The position numbers and the translations under genes were made by a program. Under the pieces are notes generated by a model. The model made no database searches and was not told the DNA's origin. It saw only the letters and a list, made by a program, of their open reading frames with translations. A DNA stretch of 64,000 bases from the human T2T-CHM13v2.0 reference genome, Homo sapiens, in the NCBI RefSeq assembly GCF_009914755.1, contig NC_060925.1; one strand, given 5' to 3'. Shown one piece after another: positions 31,895 to 46,365 of the stretch (positions within the stretch are counted from its first letter, which is position 1; each line of letters opens with the position of its first letter).

Positions 31895-32499
31895 GTCTAG
31901 TAAGCCTCTTGACAGAAGATACCGCAAAGGTGTCATGAAGGCCAAGGGTTGAAGTTTTAAAACCTAAACTGTGTAACAGGCTCTGTAACGGGGAGAAACC
32001 CAAGAAACTTATGGTCAAGTTGAAACTCACAAACTGCAGGAATATAGTCATTGGGGTCCCTTAGATGCAGAAAAGAAAATTAACTACAGCGAGTTATGTT
32101 TGTATTTCACATAAGAAAGAATTTTGAAATAGAGTTGTCCATTAGGGGTAGGGTCTGTCCTGGGAGTTGTGAGCTCATTTCCATTGGATATGACTCAGAT
32201 TATCTATTAGTCATGCCATGGGTGTGAAGTTGGAGCTAGATAAACTTTAGGATATTTTCCAAGCCCTAATTCCATGACTTTGTGATTATTATCGCCATAA
32301 ACTCTGAAGTCTTGGCTGGGCACATTTTCCACAAGGGGCTTGTGGTAAAGTGTAGAACAACGAACTCAGAAAAGGCCTATTCAAAAATCAGAACTAGTCA
32401 TGGTCTAAGATATATTCCCACAAAGTTCTGAGGCCAAGATAACTTACCGATATATAACCCAAGAATATTTCTGGATGTTTCAGTTACTGAGCATCCAGG

Positions 32500-33070
32500 A
32501 AGCCTCACCTCTGGACATTGTGTGCTAATCATCTCTTCTTTCTTTCTTTTTTTGAAAACAGTCTGTATCCATCATCAAACACCCCTAGGATGTTATCCTT
32601 CTTGATGGACACATTACAGTTTATTCAGGATATAATTTACACCCCCAAATTTCTATCCCTAACTCAGACCTCTCCTCTGATTAGATTGTTGCAATCAGTT
32701 GGATATTTCTGATTTGTATTTTAAACTTATTACACTTGAATATTTATTAGGCATTTTAAACTGAAAACCCCTGACGCAAATTTTCTGCCATCAAACCTGC
32801 TTCTTCTACAGCCTTGCCCATTTCAATGAATGGCAACTGTATCCTTCCAATACCTTTGGCCAAAAACCTTACAATCATTTGCGCCTTTTCTTTTACACCT
32901 TACAGCCAGTCTGTCAGAAAAATCTATTGTCCCTTTTTCCAAATATATTACGTTTCTCATCTCCACTACTACCTCCTGGTCTAAGCATGGTTATCTCTCA
33001 CTGAATTTACCACAATAACCTCTTAACTCATCCCTTTGCTTCATGTCTCAGTCTTTCGCAGCACAGGAAT
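32500..33070 (+). mobile_element. L2 fragment
   Basis: cccaaatttctatccctaactcagacctctcc…aaacctgcttcttctacagccttgcccatttcaatgaatggcaac. Confidence 0.55.
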
Positions 33071-33559
33071 CACAGTAGGCTGATGATTCCTACTCAACAT
33101 TTATGGTGAGTGATTGTGGTGATGGTTGCATGACTCCATACATCAGTCAAAACTCATCAAATGGTATAATGGAAATTGGCAAATGTTATTATATACAAAT
33201 TATATTGCAGTATAGCTGATGAAAACAGAAAAGAAAGAAAGAAAAAAAAACCTCCTCAGCTTCCCACAAGCAAAGCTGCTTCCTAATCGTACTCTGTACT
33301 TATTTGCTTACATATATGCTATCTCCCGCTTGATTTAATTTCAGCACCTAGCATAAGACTTGGCAGAGAGATACTCAACATATTTACTGAATGTATTAGA
33401 CTAGTGACCTTGGGTACTTAGTGTCTTTTTCAAATTAGTTTCCAGTAAGGTGATAATCAGTTTAGATGAAATAATCATTAGCTTTATTCCAAATCTATAA
33501 AAGCCCATTATTCTATGATTCTAACGTAGAGTGGCATTGAAGCTCTGGAAGATTGCTGA

Positions 33560-33620
33560 TTTTAGGCCAGTCTCTCCAAGAGCCATCTAGTGGGAAGAGT
33601 AAGTAATTGCCCTGGGTAAT

Positions 33621-33659
<39 letters not shown>

Positions 33660-33838
33660 TGTGTGTGTTTTAGGCCAGTCTCTCCAAGAGCATCTAGTGG
33701 GAAGAGTAAGTAATTGCCCTGGGTAATTAAGAGTGTGCGTGTGTGTGTGTGCGCGCGCGCGTGTGTGTGTGTGTGTTTTAGGCCAGTCTCTCCAAGAGCT
33801 ATCTAGTGGGAAGAGTAAGTAATTGCCCTGGGTAATTA

Positions 33839-33890
<52 letters not shown>
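33560..33890. repeat. Three-unit tandem repeat (period about 108 bp): 62-63-bp constant block plus microsatellite spacer
   Basis: ttttaggccagtctctccaagagc(c/-/t)atctagtgggaagagtaagtaattgccctgggtaatta at 33560, 33668 and 33776, each followed by (GA)n/(GT)n/(GC)n. Confidence 0.95.
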
Positions 33891-33893
<3 letters not shown>

Positions 33894-34257
33894 CTATAAT
33901 TCAGTCACATTAAATGACACAAAGATTCACCAACATCACACTTTTGCCAAGGTCTTGCCTAAAATAGAGCATTTTTCTCCCTACTGGAATTCTGACTTCC
34001 AATTTAGAATGAACTCCTTTGGTGGGAAGTAATGAATTGGCCTCAGATACTTATCATGAGTTACAGGAAGATCTCATGAAACTCATGCAGAAATGCAGCC
34101 AGGCCTCCAGGAAGAGCTGGGAATTCTCGAGGAAAGTAAGAAGATTTTTCGTGCTTTGTCCTCTTTCTTTCTATGTACAGCTACTTTATTCTTCTCCCTC
34201 TTCCAATTGGCTTTCTCTACTTCTTTATCCAGAATGATTAATATTGTGTAGGTCTAG

Positions 34258-34450
34258 ACCAGTAATTTTTTACTCTACTTACCAGAAACACGTAGAGAGT
34301 TTTAAAAATTATGATGTCCAGGCCAGGTACCTTCCTACTAATTATATCAGAATCCCTTGGAGGGGGACTCAAATAATAGTATTTTTAAAAATATTTTAAA
34401 AATCCCTCCAAGAAATTACACAGAGCATTCAAGGATGAGGTCACTTCTCC
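34258..34450. mobile_element. MER5-like hAT DNA transposon relic
   Basis: ccagaaacacgtagagagttttaaaaattatgatgtccaggcc…cagaatcccttggaggggg; degenerate. Confidence 0.4.
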
Positions 34451-34728
34451 AGTAACATGAGTTCTTTTCCTAGTTCCTAATTATCAAGTAAGAGATTCAG
34501 GCTTGGCCAATATTGTGTTAGGTGTCTATTTTATTCAACTACGTGGCTACTGGGGGTCTGTTCAAGAGAACAGACTGTTTAAGTTCGGAAGATAGTCTAA
34601 AAGGTGCTCATGTGGACCTCTCATCTGCTAATAAAGTGTCAGCTCTGACAAGCATCAACACATTGTCCAAATGTTAAGGTCTACTGTAAAAATAGGACAG
34701 TTAAAATTTTTTTCTATTTTATTCTTAA

Positions 34729-35250
<522 letters not shown>

Positions 35251-37526
35251 TGCTGCCCCCATCTTACATAAACATGAATTTTCTAAATTATTAATGTCCT
35301 CAAAACAAGAAACTAACCTAAAAAGTTATTCATGATGGTTTGATTGAACACACAGAGTACATATACACACACATTGAAAAATCTTATCAAAAATAAAAAC
35401 CATACCCTATTCAAATATCATTAAGACAATCATAATGCCATTAAAGAATAGAAATAAAAATACAGTCAAACTATAATAACCCATTATTTTATTATTAAAT
35501 TATTACTCTTTACCACTGGTTTCCTCTGTTATACCTCGTGGGGTCATGGAATTATAGCAGAGACATTTGGATGTGTAATGATTATGTTGTTGGGAAAAAG
35601 TAACTCACATGGTAAGTATACATCCCAGTGGCATTTTCTCCTGATTTGCTTTGCTAGAATGAAATTTGGAAAAAAAAAAAAAAAAAAAAAGGAAGAGAAA
35701 AGCACTACTAAAAGCAATACTAGTGGTAGTGTTTGTTATATTTGATTGAAGAAGAAATCACCATCACTATGTTCCATGCAATTCAAAATAATCAAACAGC
35801 TTTCACTTAGTCATTTTGTTTATATTTCATTGTGATATGCTACAACGGGCCCTATCTTGGAGTACAGCTGCTATAGAAACATCCATTCTGAAATTATTTT
35901 AAGGAAAAGAATAAATAACATTGCATAGCTGCTTGTGGCTAGATTAATTCACAGACTGGATTAATGCATTAATAATTAACTCAAGATCAGTTCCTTCGCT
36001 CTTTGAAGAAATATCTATTGAGGGAAAAATCTTACAGGGTAAAAATTAATTTGGATTAGCTGTTTCCATGATGGAAAGGCCTAGCTCCAGTGATTACAAT
36101 TATAATATAAAAACAGATTTCATTCTCCATTTTGAGAAATTATTATTCATAATAAAATTTCCTTCTGATATAAAATCTTTTCTGATTTGAGGCTTCAGAA
36201 GTTTCTACAAAATAATGATTCCATTTTACGCATTTCTTTAAAAGACTGTGTTCACATTCTTCTATACTTGTAATCTGAGCATAAAATAAGACTAGAAAAT
36301 TAAATAATATTAATTGGCTCCATGGCATAATGGTCAGCATATCTGGACTCTGAAAATTAAATGATATTAATTCAAATCCATGTCCCATCTTTCTCCATCT
36401 AAACTCTACCTCTACCCCCAATTATCAGCTCTTTAGCAACTTAATGTAGTAACATGCAAAAACTCCTCCTCCTTCAACAAAAAATAACTATTCCTCCCCA
36501 GTTTTCCCCCATTTACTTTATGACACTACCATCCATCAAGCTTGTTAAAACCTGTTAATTGTATTATTTTTGATATTTCTTCTCTCTCAAATCCCATTTC
36601 TATTCTACAGCAAATCTAATTATTTTTGACTCCATTCTCTTTGCCACTATTATCTCTTACTGAGACTTTTTCTTACTGACTTCTGCATTCTCCTTGCCTC
36701 CTACTCAAATCTGTTCTTTACTCTGTACCAGAGTAGGGTTTTTAAAACAGAAATTTGATTGTGTTATGCACCTGCTTAAACTTTTCATTAGTTTTTCATT
36801 GGATTTTGTTAATATTCAACTTTTCATGATAGCCTACAAGCTCTTTCATGATATGGTCCTGTCTGCCTATCCAAACTTACCTTATGCCAATCTCTATAAA
36901 TATACACATCATAGTCACATGTGCCTTCTACCAAACTCTGCCTTTAACTGGACATTTACACTTGCTATTTTCTCTTTCTGATGTATTCTTTTTCCATACT
37001 TCTATTTCCTTGTAAACTCTTCTCCCACTGCCACGTACCAGCTCTTTAGCAACCTGAGGTAGTATCACCAATGAGCCAAGTGAACTTGTAAAATATGCTT
37101 CCTAAACCCCATTTGTCCCATGATCTAAAATATTTCCTTAGCATATAAAATTTATCTATATCTATCAAGTGCATTCTATACGGCAGGCATTCTGTCCAGG
37201 TGCTAGGAACACAACAGTTAACAGAGTATCTTTTCTTTCTTTTTTAAAAAAAGTAGTCTATTTTATTTATTAATGGTTAAAAAACGGCTTCACTAAACAT
37301 TGTTTTGTTATTTAAATATTAATATGCTGAGAGCAGTATTATTACACACCTTTTTTTCCACAGCCTTATTGAGGTACAATCAGTCTACAATAAACATAAT
37401 TAATGTATAAAAGTCAGTGCTTTGGATATATGCATACACTCATGTTACTATCACTACAATCCACGTCACAAACATATCCATCACGTTCAAAAGTTTACTT
37501 GTGTCCCTTTATTGTTGCTTACTTTA

Positions 37527-37845
37527 TCCCTTCCTTTTTTTCTTTTCTCTTTCTCTTTTCTTTTCTTTCTTTCCTTTCTTTTTTCTTTCTTCCTTTCTTT
37601 TCTTTCCTTTCTTTCCTTCTTTCCCTTCCTTTCTTTCTTTCTCTTTCTTCTTTCTTTCTCTTTTTCTTTTTTCCCTTTTTCTTTCTTTCCTTTCCTTTTC
37701 TTTTTCTCTCTCTTCTCTCTCCCTTCCCTCCTGTCTTCCCTTTCCTTCTTTCCTCTTTCCTTCTTTCTCCTTCCTCCCTTCCTTCTTTTCTTTTCTTTCT
37801 CTTTCTTTCCTTCTTTACTTTTCTTTTCTTTCCTTCTTTCTTTCC
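37527..37845. repeat. 319-bp pyrimidine/purine low-complexity tract (CTTT/CCTT-type)
   Basis: Only two purines on the plus strand (37733, 37817). Confidence 0.95.
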
Positions 37846-37968
37846 AATATACCCAGCATCCCTCTCACCCATCTCCTGGAAACCATCATTCTATTGTCTA
37901 TTTCTATACATTTGACTACCTTAGATGCCTCATATAGAGGGAATCATGCAGTATGTGTCCTTCTGTGA

Positions 37969-38393
<425 letters not shown>

Positions 38394-40999
38394 ATTATCC
38401 ATTTATCTATCAGTAGACATTTAGGTTATATCTTGGCTATTGTGAATAATGTTGCAGTGAACATGTGGGTGCAGATATCTCTTTGAGATAATGATTTCAG
38501 TTATTTTAGATATATACCCAGAAGTGGGACTGTTGGATCATATGATAGTTCTATTTTAAATTTTTTGAGAAACATCTATACTGTTTTCTATAGCAGTTTC
38601 ACCATTTTACATTGCACCAACAGTTGTATAAGGGTTTCAATTTCTCCACAAACTTGTCAAACTTTTGTTTTTCTGATAATAGTCATTGTATCAAGTGTGA
38701 GGTAATATCTCAATGTGGTTTTGATTTTCATTTTCCTGATGATCAGTGATAAGCATTTTTTCATGTACCTGTTGGCCATTTGTATGGCTTGTTTGAAAAA
38801 ATATCTATTCAAGTCCCTTGCTAATTTTTAAAATTGGACTATTTAAATATTTTGCTATTGAATTTTAAAAGTTTCTTATATTTTTTGGAAATTAACTGCT
38901 GGTTAATTAATGGTAAATATTTCTTCCCATTCTAAAGGCTGCTTTATTACTCTGTTGATTGTTTCCTTAGCTATGCAGAAGTTCTTTTAGTTTGTTGTAA
39001 TCTCACTTAATCTCCTTTTGCTTTTGTTGACTGCACTTTTGGTGTCATATCCATGAAATTATTGCCAAAACCAATGTCATGAAGCTTTTCCCATATGCTT
39101 CCTTCTAAGGAGTTTTAGAGTTGCAGGTCTTACATTTTAGTCTTTAATTAATTGTGAGTTAATTTTTGTCTGTGGTGAAAGAAAACATTCCAATTTAATT
39201 ATTTTGCATGTACATAGCCACTTTTCCCAATGTAACATTTATTGAAGAGACAATCCTTTCCCCGCTATGCATTCTTGACTTTCGTATTGAAAGTCATTGT
39301 ATATGTTGTATAGTTGACTGTACATGACATGGCTGTAGGATATAAGCTCTCTATTGTTCCAATGCTCTACATGTTTGTTTTTATGCCAGTAGCATACTAC
39401 TCTGATTATTGCTTTGTAATTATTTTGAAATCAGGAAGTATAATGTTTCTAGCTTTATTCTTATTTAAAATTGTTTTTGTTATTTGGGTATTTTGTGGAT
39501 TCATACATATTTTAGGATTACATTTTCTATTTCTGTAAAAATGTATTTGGAATTTTGATAAGGATTTCATTGAATCTGTACATTGCTTTAGGTGAAATGG
39601 ATATTTTAACATTAGTTTTTCCAATCCAAGAATATAAGATGTCTTTCCATTTAGTTTTGTCTGCTTTACTTTCTGGCAGTATTTTAGAGTTTTTATTTTA
39701 AAAGTATTTCATGTCCTTGATTCAGTGTATTCCTAAGTACTTTATTCTTTCTGGTCTTATTGTAAATGGATTTTTTTCTTAATTTTTTGGATAGTTTATT
39801 GTTGGCATACAGAAACACAACTGCTTTTTGTATGTTGATTTGAATCCTGCAACTTTACTGAATTTGTTTATTAGATCTCCAGTTTTTGTGTGTGTGTGTG
39901 CAGTTTTCAGGGTTTTGTATGTATAAGATCATGTCCTCTGCAAATAGTTAATTTTTCTTCTTGTTATCTGATATGGATGCCTTTTATTTCTTTGGTTTGG
40001 CATATGGTTTTTGCCCATCATTCTGTTAATGCGGTGTTATCACATTTATTGATTTGTGTATGTTGAACCATCTTTGCATCCTAGGAATAAGTCTTGCTTT
40101 ATAGAGATTTATAGGTCATAGAATATGATCTTTTTAATGTACTGTTGAATTTGGTTTGCTAATATTTCATTGAAAGTTTTTGCATCCATATTCATCAGGG
40201 ATATTGGCCTGTCATTTTCTTTGTTTGTGGTGTCTTTGTCTGGATTTGGTAACAGTGTGATGCTGGCCTCATAAAATGAGTATGGAAGTATTTACTCTTC
40301 TACTTTTTACAAGCCTTTAGGAAGAAAGGATATTAATTCTTCTTTAAATGTACAGTAAAATTAACCTGTGAAGCCACCTGGTCGTAGGCTTTCCTGTTTG
40401 GGTTGGTTTTTTATTACTGACTCAATCTCCTTATTTGTTATTGGTCTTTTCAGGTTTTCTATTTCTTCTTAATTCTGTCTTTATAGGTTGTATGTTTTTA
40501 GGAATTTATCCACTTCTTCTAGGTTGTCAAATTTGTTCATAATAGTCCCTTATGGTCTTGCTTTTTATTTCTCTGGCATTAGTTGTAATGTCTCCTGTTT
40601 CATTTCCGATTTTATTTTTGAATACTCTTTTTTTTTCTTGGTTCAGATAACAAATTGTCAATTTTATCTTTTGAAAAACAATTCTTAATTTTGTTGATTT
40701 TGTTCTATTGTATTTTTATTCATTTTATCATTTATTCCTGCTCTAATCTTTATTATTTCCATCCTTCTGCTAACTTTGGGCTTAGTTGTTTTTTTTTTTT
40801 GTTGTTGTTGTTGTTTTGTTGTTATTGTTCATCGATGTTTAAAGTTAGGTTATTTATTTCAGATCTTCTTTCTTTTGTAATGCAGACATTTACTGCTATA
40901 AAACATCTCTTAGTACTGTTCTTGCATTAAGTTTTTTTTTATTAGTCTTTTGGTATTTTGTGTTTTTGTTTTAGTTTGTCCTGAGAGATACTCTAATCC

Positions 41000-41100
41000 T
41001 GCCCCCATGATTCAATCACCCCCCACCATGCCGCACCTCCAGCACTGGGGATTACAATTCAACATGAGATTTGGTGGAGACACAGATCTAAACCATATCA
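41000..41100 (-). mobile_element. MST/THE1-like LTR fragment
   Basis: cccccatgattcaatcacc…acatgagatttggtggagacacagatctaaaccatatca. Confidence 0.7.
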
Positions 41101-44100
41101 CTGAACTACAGTAATATGTTGGTTTCTTTCACATTCTACTAGTTATAATATTATCTGTTAATATAATAGCATGTAGACTATTATAGCCTCTACTGCATAC
41201 AAACCAAAGAGTCTGTTCAAAGAATAAAACAGTAAATTAACTTCAAGAAATGACTTTAAGTTAGACAGAGATCCCCCTAAAATAATAAATAACATGTTGA
41301 CAAATTTTCAAAAGTGTCAATCAAAAAGGTAACAATTGCCATACTGACAGGCCCCGGGGCAAAGGTGGTGATACTGCTGACAAGATGTCAATGACTAAAG
41401 TAATAAAAACATGGTGACCAGCTCAGGGTGGTGCCTGACAGCAAATCCATGTAACATAAAGGAGTCAGTATGATCAAGGTGAGAGTGACGAAGGTAAATC
41501 AAATAAGCTGACATTTAAGACAGGTGACAGCAGTGATGTTAAATATTAAGCCTTGGAATAAGAAGTTCAAAATTGTAAGTCAACAACATATCAGCCAATA
41601 CTTGCTCTTGTGTTAACCTATTAACCCTTATATTTCTAGAAGGAGAATTCTCTGAAATAGACTAAGGTGAGGATAGAGTGTGAAGAGAAAACCAGCGTAG
41701 TTGCCCAGAGGTCACTTCAAAATAGAAATAACAATATCTATAGGGAAGGATGGTTGTGAAGATCAAATGAGAAAAACTACAAACCCCAAGCATGCTCATT
41801 TGTATCCTTCTGTTCCCATGGTAACTCTACCCCACCATCAAACACCAGATCTTTTAGTAGTCTAAGGTAGTATCTATCACCACTGAGCCATGTGAACTTA
41901 TAAAATCCATTTCCTAAACTCGGTGTCCTCATAATCTAAAACATTTCCAAAACCTACCCATTGTTTCAATTGTATTTATTAAGTGCCTACATATGGCAGG
42001 CATTTCATTGGCCAACCACCAACAATAAGGTAACCACTGTTCTAGGGATACAACAGAGAACAAAACTGATTAAAAATGTATTTGAAGGCTACATTCTCAC
42101 AGGATGTTGTCTGGTATACAGTGACTGTTCAATATATGGGAAGTGATCTAAAATGAAATAAGGTAAAATTTTGAGTATTGGTTATAAGAATCACAAAAAG
42201 TCCAATACTTGTCCCCACCCTGGAGCAGAGTTCTCTGATAACTGGTAGGAACTTACTTATGTGTTCTGACTTCCACATGCTCAGCTGGAACTCAAAAAAA
42301 GAGAAAAGAACATCATGAGGAAAAAGTAAGCTGGTTATTGAAAAGAACAGTAGAACCGAGAACAGAAAAACTTGGGTTCTACCCCCAGCATTGCCATTAA
42401 CTAGTTTTAACACCTTAAGAAAGGCATTACATTTTTTTCTTTTATTTTTTATGGATGTTATTCTTTTCTTTATCTCTTTGAGGATATTTAACAATTTTTA
42501 CAACATTTTCAGATAATTCTATTATTGTTGTATTCTTCTGAGTAAATTATCTTACTATGTGAATTTACTCTTTTAAATCCAGTTCCTCAGCTTCCTAACT
42601 CATGGCCAACTACATCTTAACCAAATCCAGTATAGTTCTCCATTTTTTTAAATGGGAAAATGGTTAATCCATAGGTAATTTTGCACACAATGTGAATGCT
42701 AAGCCTCTAAAAACAATCAACCATAATGGGTATTCAATAAATTAGATTTTTAATTTTTTATATATATTATTTGAGTTTTAGAACCATATAAAATTATAAT
42801 TCTGCCCCTTCCATGAATGAAAATGATGAGGTTCAAGATAACGTATTGGAGATTTTAAAAGTTGTTAAGTCCTTGAGCTGGGAATTCTACCTCTATGATG
42901 ACAAAGTTCTGTCTCAGAGACATAAGTGAGAAAACCAAAAAGGCAACATGATATTCCCAAAAGTCTGAAGGCAGAATTACTGAGCAATTAGTTCACAACT
43001 TGAACCCAGACTGCTTGACTTTCAGGATGCCATTATACCATCCTGGATATTTTTTGATCTGATCCTTTACAGCTTGTTTGAGATTCAACTTTACTAAATC
43101 ACTGAATTCAGAAGAACACAATTCTGGTCAAAATTTCTAACTAGGTTATTTTGTATTTAAATTCTCCACAGCAAACTAAAGATTTTGGGTGTTTTGTTTT
43201 ATTGTGCTACATTGCCATTAGACCCAGCAGACCCCATGCATTAGAGCGCTGAAAATTTGGCATGGGATGCATAACACTTCTACTCTATTTGGACCAATTG
43301 ATACTGCAGTGGTTAATTTCCTTAATACTCCATCAACATGAACTAAGGTTAGATTCCCTACGTATTGGATCAGATTTTTCAGTTAGTTTTTATTTCTGCC
43401 ATTCTAATCTTCAATTATCTCTGCCTGAAGTAGCAATCTATTGCTATATGGGTAAGGAAATATTCTGTCTTTATGGAGACAATTTCATTTTAAATTACTT
43501 TTCAGGTCAAACACTGCCATTTAATAAAAGTTTGGAACCTATACAAAGTCAATAAAAGGCATTAAAATTACTTATTAGTCATGGTATTTTCTTTCTCTAT
43601 CACCAACTAGACAGTTTTGTTTTGATAGCTCCATTAGGTACAGCCTCATTGCTCATTTTTTCCTTGACTTCCTTTTAGAACATATGGATGTTACAAAAAA
43701 TAAATTCTCCTTTACAAACAAAAACCTTCACATTATTAGGAATATAATTGTTAATAGAAAAAGTGTCAAGTATCTGATGCATAATAATTATTTAAAAATA
43801 TTAGCTGAAGAACACATCACAATTTAACCTGAATGTACTATCAAAGAGGAAAATTATGTGGAGAGTACTATAGGGTTTAATGTATGTTTATTTATAAGCA
43901 ACTGAAGAAGACTTCATTTTTCTATGACTGTAAGCAAATTTGACTTTACTACTTGCCATTGCGAGAGATAAAGGTGAGATCACATACATTTCTGGTACTA
44001 GTTAAGTCTAAAGGCCCAGTTTCCCAATGAGACTGACCTGAAGTCATCTCAACAGTATGATCCTGACCCAGTGGAAAAACTTAGCATGGAAACAGCATTT

Positions 44101-45742
44101 AGCCATGACATACTTCAATATTATTTTTTGGAGGCTATCACTATCTCAAACTAAACCCATTATGATTTAAAACTGTCTTTTTATTGATATTCATTGTTTT
44201 TCAACCTGACAGTGGCCAATGATTTATATCAATCTTCTCTTAACACAGGAATAAAAGAGTTTGCAACATATCTTAAACTGAAGGACACTTTTTCAGTAAG
44301 TCTCAAGATTTTAATACAGTTGTCATTTCAAAAGCCTACCTCTTCTCAGTTGGAAAGGTTTAGAGAAGAAGAAGTCAGCTCTGTTGATAAGATTGTTTTT
44401 ATCTGAAGCAGTAGAGGATTCAAAAATTAGTATGACATATCGATGATGCCCTTTCTTCAGGCATTTTTATTCTTTAAGTGCAAGAACACTGCAGCTGGCT
44501 GTCAATCATTAAACTACAAAATGAAATCCTTTGCCTGGCTAGGAGATTTGCAACTATACTGATGCTGGTAAACTAAACACCAAATTATAGCCTTTTCTCT
44601 TGCCTCACCCAGATTTCACAGGGGCTGCACACCCAAATAAATGCCTCTTGGCTACCCATTCATCTAACAGCTGGAAAGATGACACTTGACATTTGGAAAC
44701 TTTCCTGTGAAGATTGCTGCAAGGCTTTCCCATTAGCTTCCTGGTGAGACTGTAAGGTCGAATAAGCTGCCTCAAAACCTGCAAAGGGTAACGGAAATAC
44801 TCTAATATTAAGCCTGTGCAATTTAAATTTCTAATTCTCGAATCATAGTTCTTCAGATATTGTAGAAATCACTGGTATATTTCAGGGCAAAAGAATGCCT
44901 TTGAAGATGTGAAATTAAAGTGATATTTTAAGCAATGATAATGATAACAAGTGTCTTTTATTTAAAGTTGGGACTGAAGGTCTTCTAAGTAACAGGGACT
45001 TCAACACAGAGAAGTTCTTGTAAGTTTGTTTTCTAAAATCCCTGACTGTCATATTTTCAACAACTGTTCATCTTTGTCCAGAGCAGAAATCTTTAACACG
45101 AGGCAGAGTTATTACCATTCTTCACTTTTTTTCCCACATCATAAGCATTATTGAAGGTAGCTTTAAAATTCTTACAACCCAGCATTGTGGATTCATTTCA
45201 AAAATTACTGCCCCCAACATAAAATAAAATAGTAAATATGCCATTATTAAAATGCTGTCATCTTATAAAATTTTCAGGTATAAACAAGCCTTTTTTCCTC
45301 TTCAGAAAGATAATTCCTTTAAAATGTCCCCAAATCAGAAATTGTTAATAAAATGACAGTTTATTAAAGATAGCAGAAAGACAAAATTCCTCACATAATC
45401 TCAACCCAAAAAAGAATGTAAAAAATTTCATTTATTGATATGAATGCACACAATTCAATTAGATTTTATCACAATGATCTTTTTCCATGATACTCAATTT
45501 GGAATTCCATATTTTTAATTGTCTTTATAATTGTCTGTTCTTGTTTGTTAACTAAGTATTTTTCAAGTGAAAGATTAACAAGAATGAAAAGGCTTCCCTA
45601 AATGTTCAGTCATATGTCCAAATTAGATGAAATTAATGTCATGATTAAAAAGGAAACTGAAACCTTTAAAAAATATACGTTGAGGGCATTGAAGAAATGG
45701 AAGACATGAATGATGTAACTTTCAATCTTGAATTCATCATCA

Positions 45743-46022
<280 letters not shown>

Positions 46023-46195
46023 TCACGGCATAAACCTAGTTTTCTCATGCCATTCCATTAACGAATCCACCAAAAGGAAGCTCAGCTCACAGAAAGAAGA
46101 TGGAATATCTAGCAATGACTGGACTTCTCATTTCTCTTCAAACCAAAACCACAGCTACCATTTGTACTCACTCTACTGCAGGTCTATGGCATGAA

Positions 46196-46365
46196 TTTGT
46201 CTCCACTAGGTCTTGAAATCACACATTCATTTCACATAGCCTATTGAACTGCCATCAGATGGTAATGACTTTCTGTCACTCTTGACCTGGGGCAGATTTG
46301 AACTAGTGACCAAGAGGTTAAAGGCTCTGTATCTCATTACCAATCCCCTGAGATACTTAGTTCCC
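46196..46365 (-). mobile_element. LF-SINE (LFSINE_Vert) 5' part, an ancient tRNA-derived SINE
   Basis: Minus strand reads gggaactaagtatctcaggggattggtaatgagatacagagcctttaacctcttggtcactagttcaaatctgccccaggtcaagagtgacagaaagtcattaccatctgatggcagttcaataggctatgtgaaatga…cctagtgga, colinear with the LF-SINE consensus as I recall it; B-box-like gttcaaatc. Confidence 0.8.

Noticed and set aside
33560-33890. CRISPR-like repeat-spacer appearance
   Set aside because: The spacers are simple microsatellites, there are only three ~63-bp units, no cas genes are present, and the context is a primate intron.
37403-37968. Long overlapping ORFs (117-183 aa, F/S/L-rich or K/E/R-rich)
   Set aside because: Artefact of the stop-free CT low-complexity tract.
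46280-46365. tRNA gene candidate (B-box-like gttcaaatc on minus)
   Set aside because: No intact cloverleaf or terminator; better explained as the tRNA-derived head of the LF-SINE.
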